DNA from: Amoebophrya sp. A120
Taxonomy: Eukaryota > Protista > Dinoflagellata
Direction: 5' to 3'
DNA: 64,000 nucleotides
NCBI GenBank assembly: GCA_905178155.1
Contig: CAJINV010000032.1
Span: 49,128 to 113,127, forward strand
In this document: piece by piece, positions 62,401 through 64,000 of the stretch
Position numbering within the stretch: the stretch's first letter is position 1
Layout: every line of letters starts with the position of its first letter
Translations under genes and position numbers: made by a program
Notes under the pieces: model-generated
Databases searched by the model: none
Told to the model about the DNA's origin: nothing
The model's input: the letters and a program-made list of their open reading frames with translations, nothing else

Positions 62401-64000
62401 GGAAGACTTGTAACGCGCATCCCCATGAGAGCCATTTCCAATCGTGTTTTGGAATTTGTGATGCTGTGAACAGGACGAGCAGATAAATCTGTGATGCGGC
62501 TGCCCTTGCTAACCTGCACTACACTGAAGAGTGCAACTTGTCATGCGTGACCCACAAAACTCCTAGGTTTGCGTTGCATCATCCCCATCCTGACTCTGGT
62601 GTGGGGACGTTTTTACACAGGATAAGCGCCCCTGCTTGATTGCCCCGTCTACCTCCCTCCGGGTGGGTCCCACTGCGTGGCCTAAAAAACTGCGACACTG
62701 GTTCTGCGTCCATTGTCGGTAGTCGTCCCCCCCAGCCTGCTATCAACTGTAAAAATCCCTGGATGTCTGGAAGAATTCATGTTTGTCATGCTTGTCTGGC
62801 ATGACTCTTAAATCTGTCATGCACGTTACCCAAGAGCTCCGTTTTTCTGTCATGCAGAAACGTAGTTTGTCATGCAGAATAGGCAACACCTAAAAGCTCA
62901 GAAACTTGTCATGCTGAGCCAGCAGTTGTGGCCTCCTCATGATACGCCACACAGCATCACAAGTTTCCAGACATCCTGGGATTTTTGCATTTGATACCTG
63001 CCGGGCTTTGTCCTCGTCGAAGCACCTTGCCGGTGGACGTGTCGCGTAGGTCGCAGGAAATTGGAACAATATGTTCTCCGGCTTGAGGTCGGTGTGCACG
63101 CATTTGATAGAGTGAAGAAATGCTAAACCCTCGAACGTGTCCTTCGCAACCTGCTGGATGTCTTGTAAAAACATCGGTCTCTATTTCAAAGTGAAAAAAG
63201 CCCCCACGACCCCATAGTCAGAAGACAATTTGTGTTTTCTTTTTACCGGATTTTTTGTGTACACAAATGAACTTTGTATTGCAGCAAGAGCTTGTCGGCA
63301 TACTTATTCGGAGCCCATTTGGGAAGCATCCGGCTAGCAGCTTCGCCTGAGAAGCAAGGCTGACATAGGCGAAAACGCATGACAGCTTCGCTGTACAACA
63401 ATGCGCCAGAACTACACGGCTGCGGCCCTTTGCCTTCGCCTTGTATGCAAGACAAAGCCGATTTGTGATCACAAATTAACATCACAATAATTTCTTTTTC
63501 AATATGGGGAGGCGGGGGGGTTTTTCCTCTCAGTACTGTATTGATTGCCGGTCAAATGGTGGTACAGGCTGGCTTATGAAATGCAAAAGCATCGTACTAG
63601 TAGCAATCGCATTACAAATTTGCTCAGCATGAAAAATGGAATTTGTAATGAGGATTTAGGTTAGGGGGGAGATCTGTAATGCATGACTGCGATTACTACG
63701 AGTACGATACTTTTGCACAGGATATGGCTGCGAGGCTTTCGAAGACCATGACGAGATTATGAACTGCAAAAGTATAGTACTCGTAGCACATGCATTACAA
63801 ATGTTTTTCTTGAGGTAAAAATAAAAAATCCGCATTACGTTTACAAATTTTCTTTCTCATGTTGAGGCATTTAATACTATATACGAGTACAAGACTTTTG
63901 CATTCCATAGAAATGTCGCCCGTGCGTGAACTGATCCACGAGCTGCACAATTCTCTTCTTACCAGCACAAACGCCGTCTTTGAACTCCTTGCCCTGTTCC
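59411..64000 (-). CDS. Second CLK/LAMMER-like kinase paralog, 5' end outside the window; 14 introner introns in the window
   Basis: Spliced motifs IVQLVDQF, VMVFESLAASLY, VHTDLKPENIL, KIID|CGGA, STPSYRSPEVMIG, DVYSFGCILMELYLG, ACLTVDPATRITSQKALAHNFF. The 63182-63535 junction needs a 3-nt rather than 5-nt repeat. Confidence 0.9.
59729..59990. mobile_element. Introner family A
   Basis: TSD GGCGT/GGCGG. Confidence 0.9.
59997..60299. mobile_element. Introner, A-like, 6 nt from the previous element
   Basis: TATCGAATCCAAGATCTCTGGGTCTGGA / TCCAGACCCAGATCTTCG...GCATA. Confidence 0.78.
60332..60481. mobile_element. Introner family B
   Basis: Perfect TSD CTCGG. Confidence 0.93.
60523..60784. mobile_element. 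Introner family A
   Basis: Perfect TSD GTTGG. Confidence 0.93.
60801..61125. mobile_element. Introner family D
   Basis: Perfect TSD TGTCT; interior is an inverted relative of 63182-63535. Confidence 0.87.
61613..61827. mobile_element. Introner family C
   Basis: Perfect TSD CCCTC. Confidence 0.92.
62027..62287. mobile_element. Introner family A splitting the D|CG motif
   Basis: Perfect TSD ATCGA. Confidence 0.93.
62346..62623. mobile_element. Introner, further family (TATCCTG.G.AAAAACGT.CCCACACCAGAGT)
   Basis: TIR of about 32 bp; TSD AGCAC/AGCGC; frame restored. Confidence 0.87.
62741..62996. mobile_element. Introner, A-like
   Basis: Perfect TSD CCTGC. Confidence 0.88.
63575..63724. mobile_element. 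Introner family B
   Basis: Perfect TSD TGGCT. Confidence 0.92.
63758..63909. mobile_element. Introner family B
   Basis: TSD GAGAT/GAAAT; frame restored. Confidence 0.85.

Overview
Eukaryotic, repeat-rich DNA. Every gene I could reconstruct lies on the minus strand and is broken up by about 55 non-canonical introns. These introns are short MITE-like elements (mostly 150-325 bp, several families) with terminal inverted repeats (TIRs) reading TAT[C/G]...[C/G]ATA and usually a 5-bp direct repeat (target-site duplication, TSD). Removing each element plus one direct-repeat copy by hand restores long reading frames: an ankyrin-repeat protein (16 introns, one of them about 6 kb and filled with nested satellites), a DHHC palmitoyltransferase, two paralogous CLK/LAMMER-like kinases with DCG instead of DFG, and two low-complexity proteins. 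Duplicated segments keep the empty, single-TSD sites. This architecture matches the inverted-repeat introners reported in the parasitic dinoflagellate Amoebophrya; the taxon is my inference and is not verified. The window also holds GC-rich satellites, a hairpin array, a G-rich minisatellite, a 54-bp higher-order array, a mosaic of decayed duplications with GH2-like fragments, and a separate set of possible GT-AG introns flanked by ATCAGGTA repeats. Family labels A-G are my own. Coordinates were counted by hand and may be off by a few bases.
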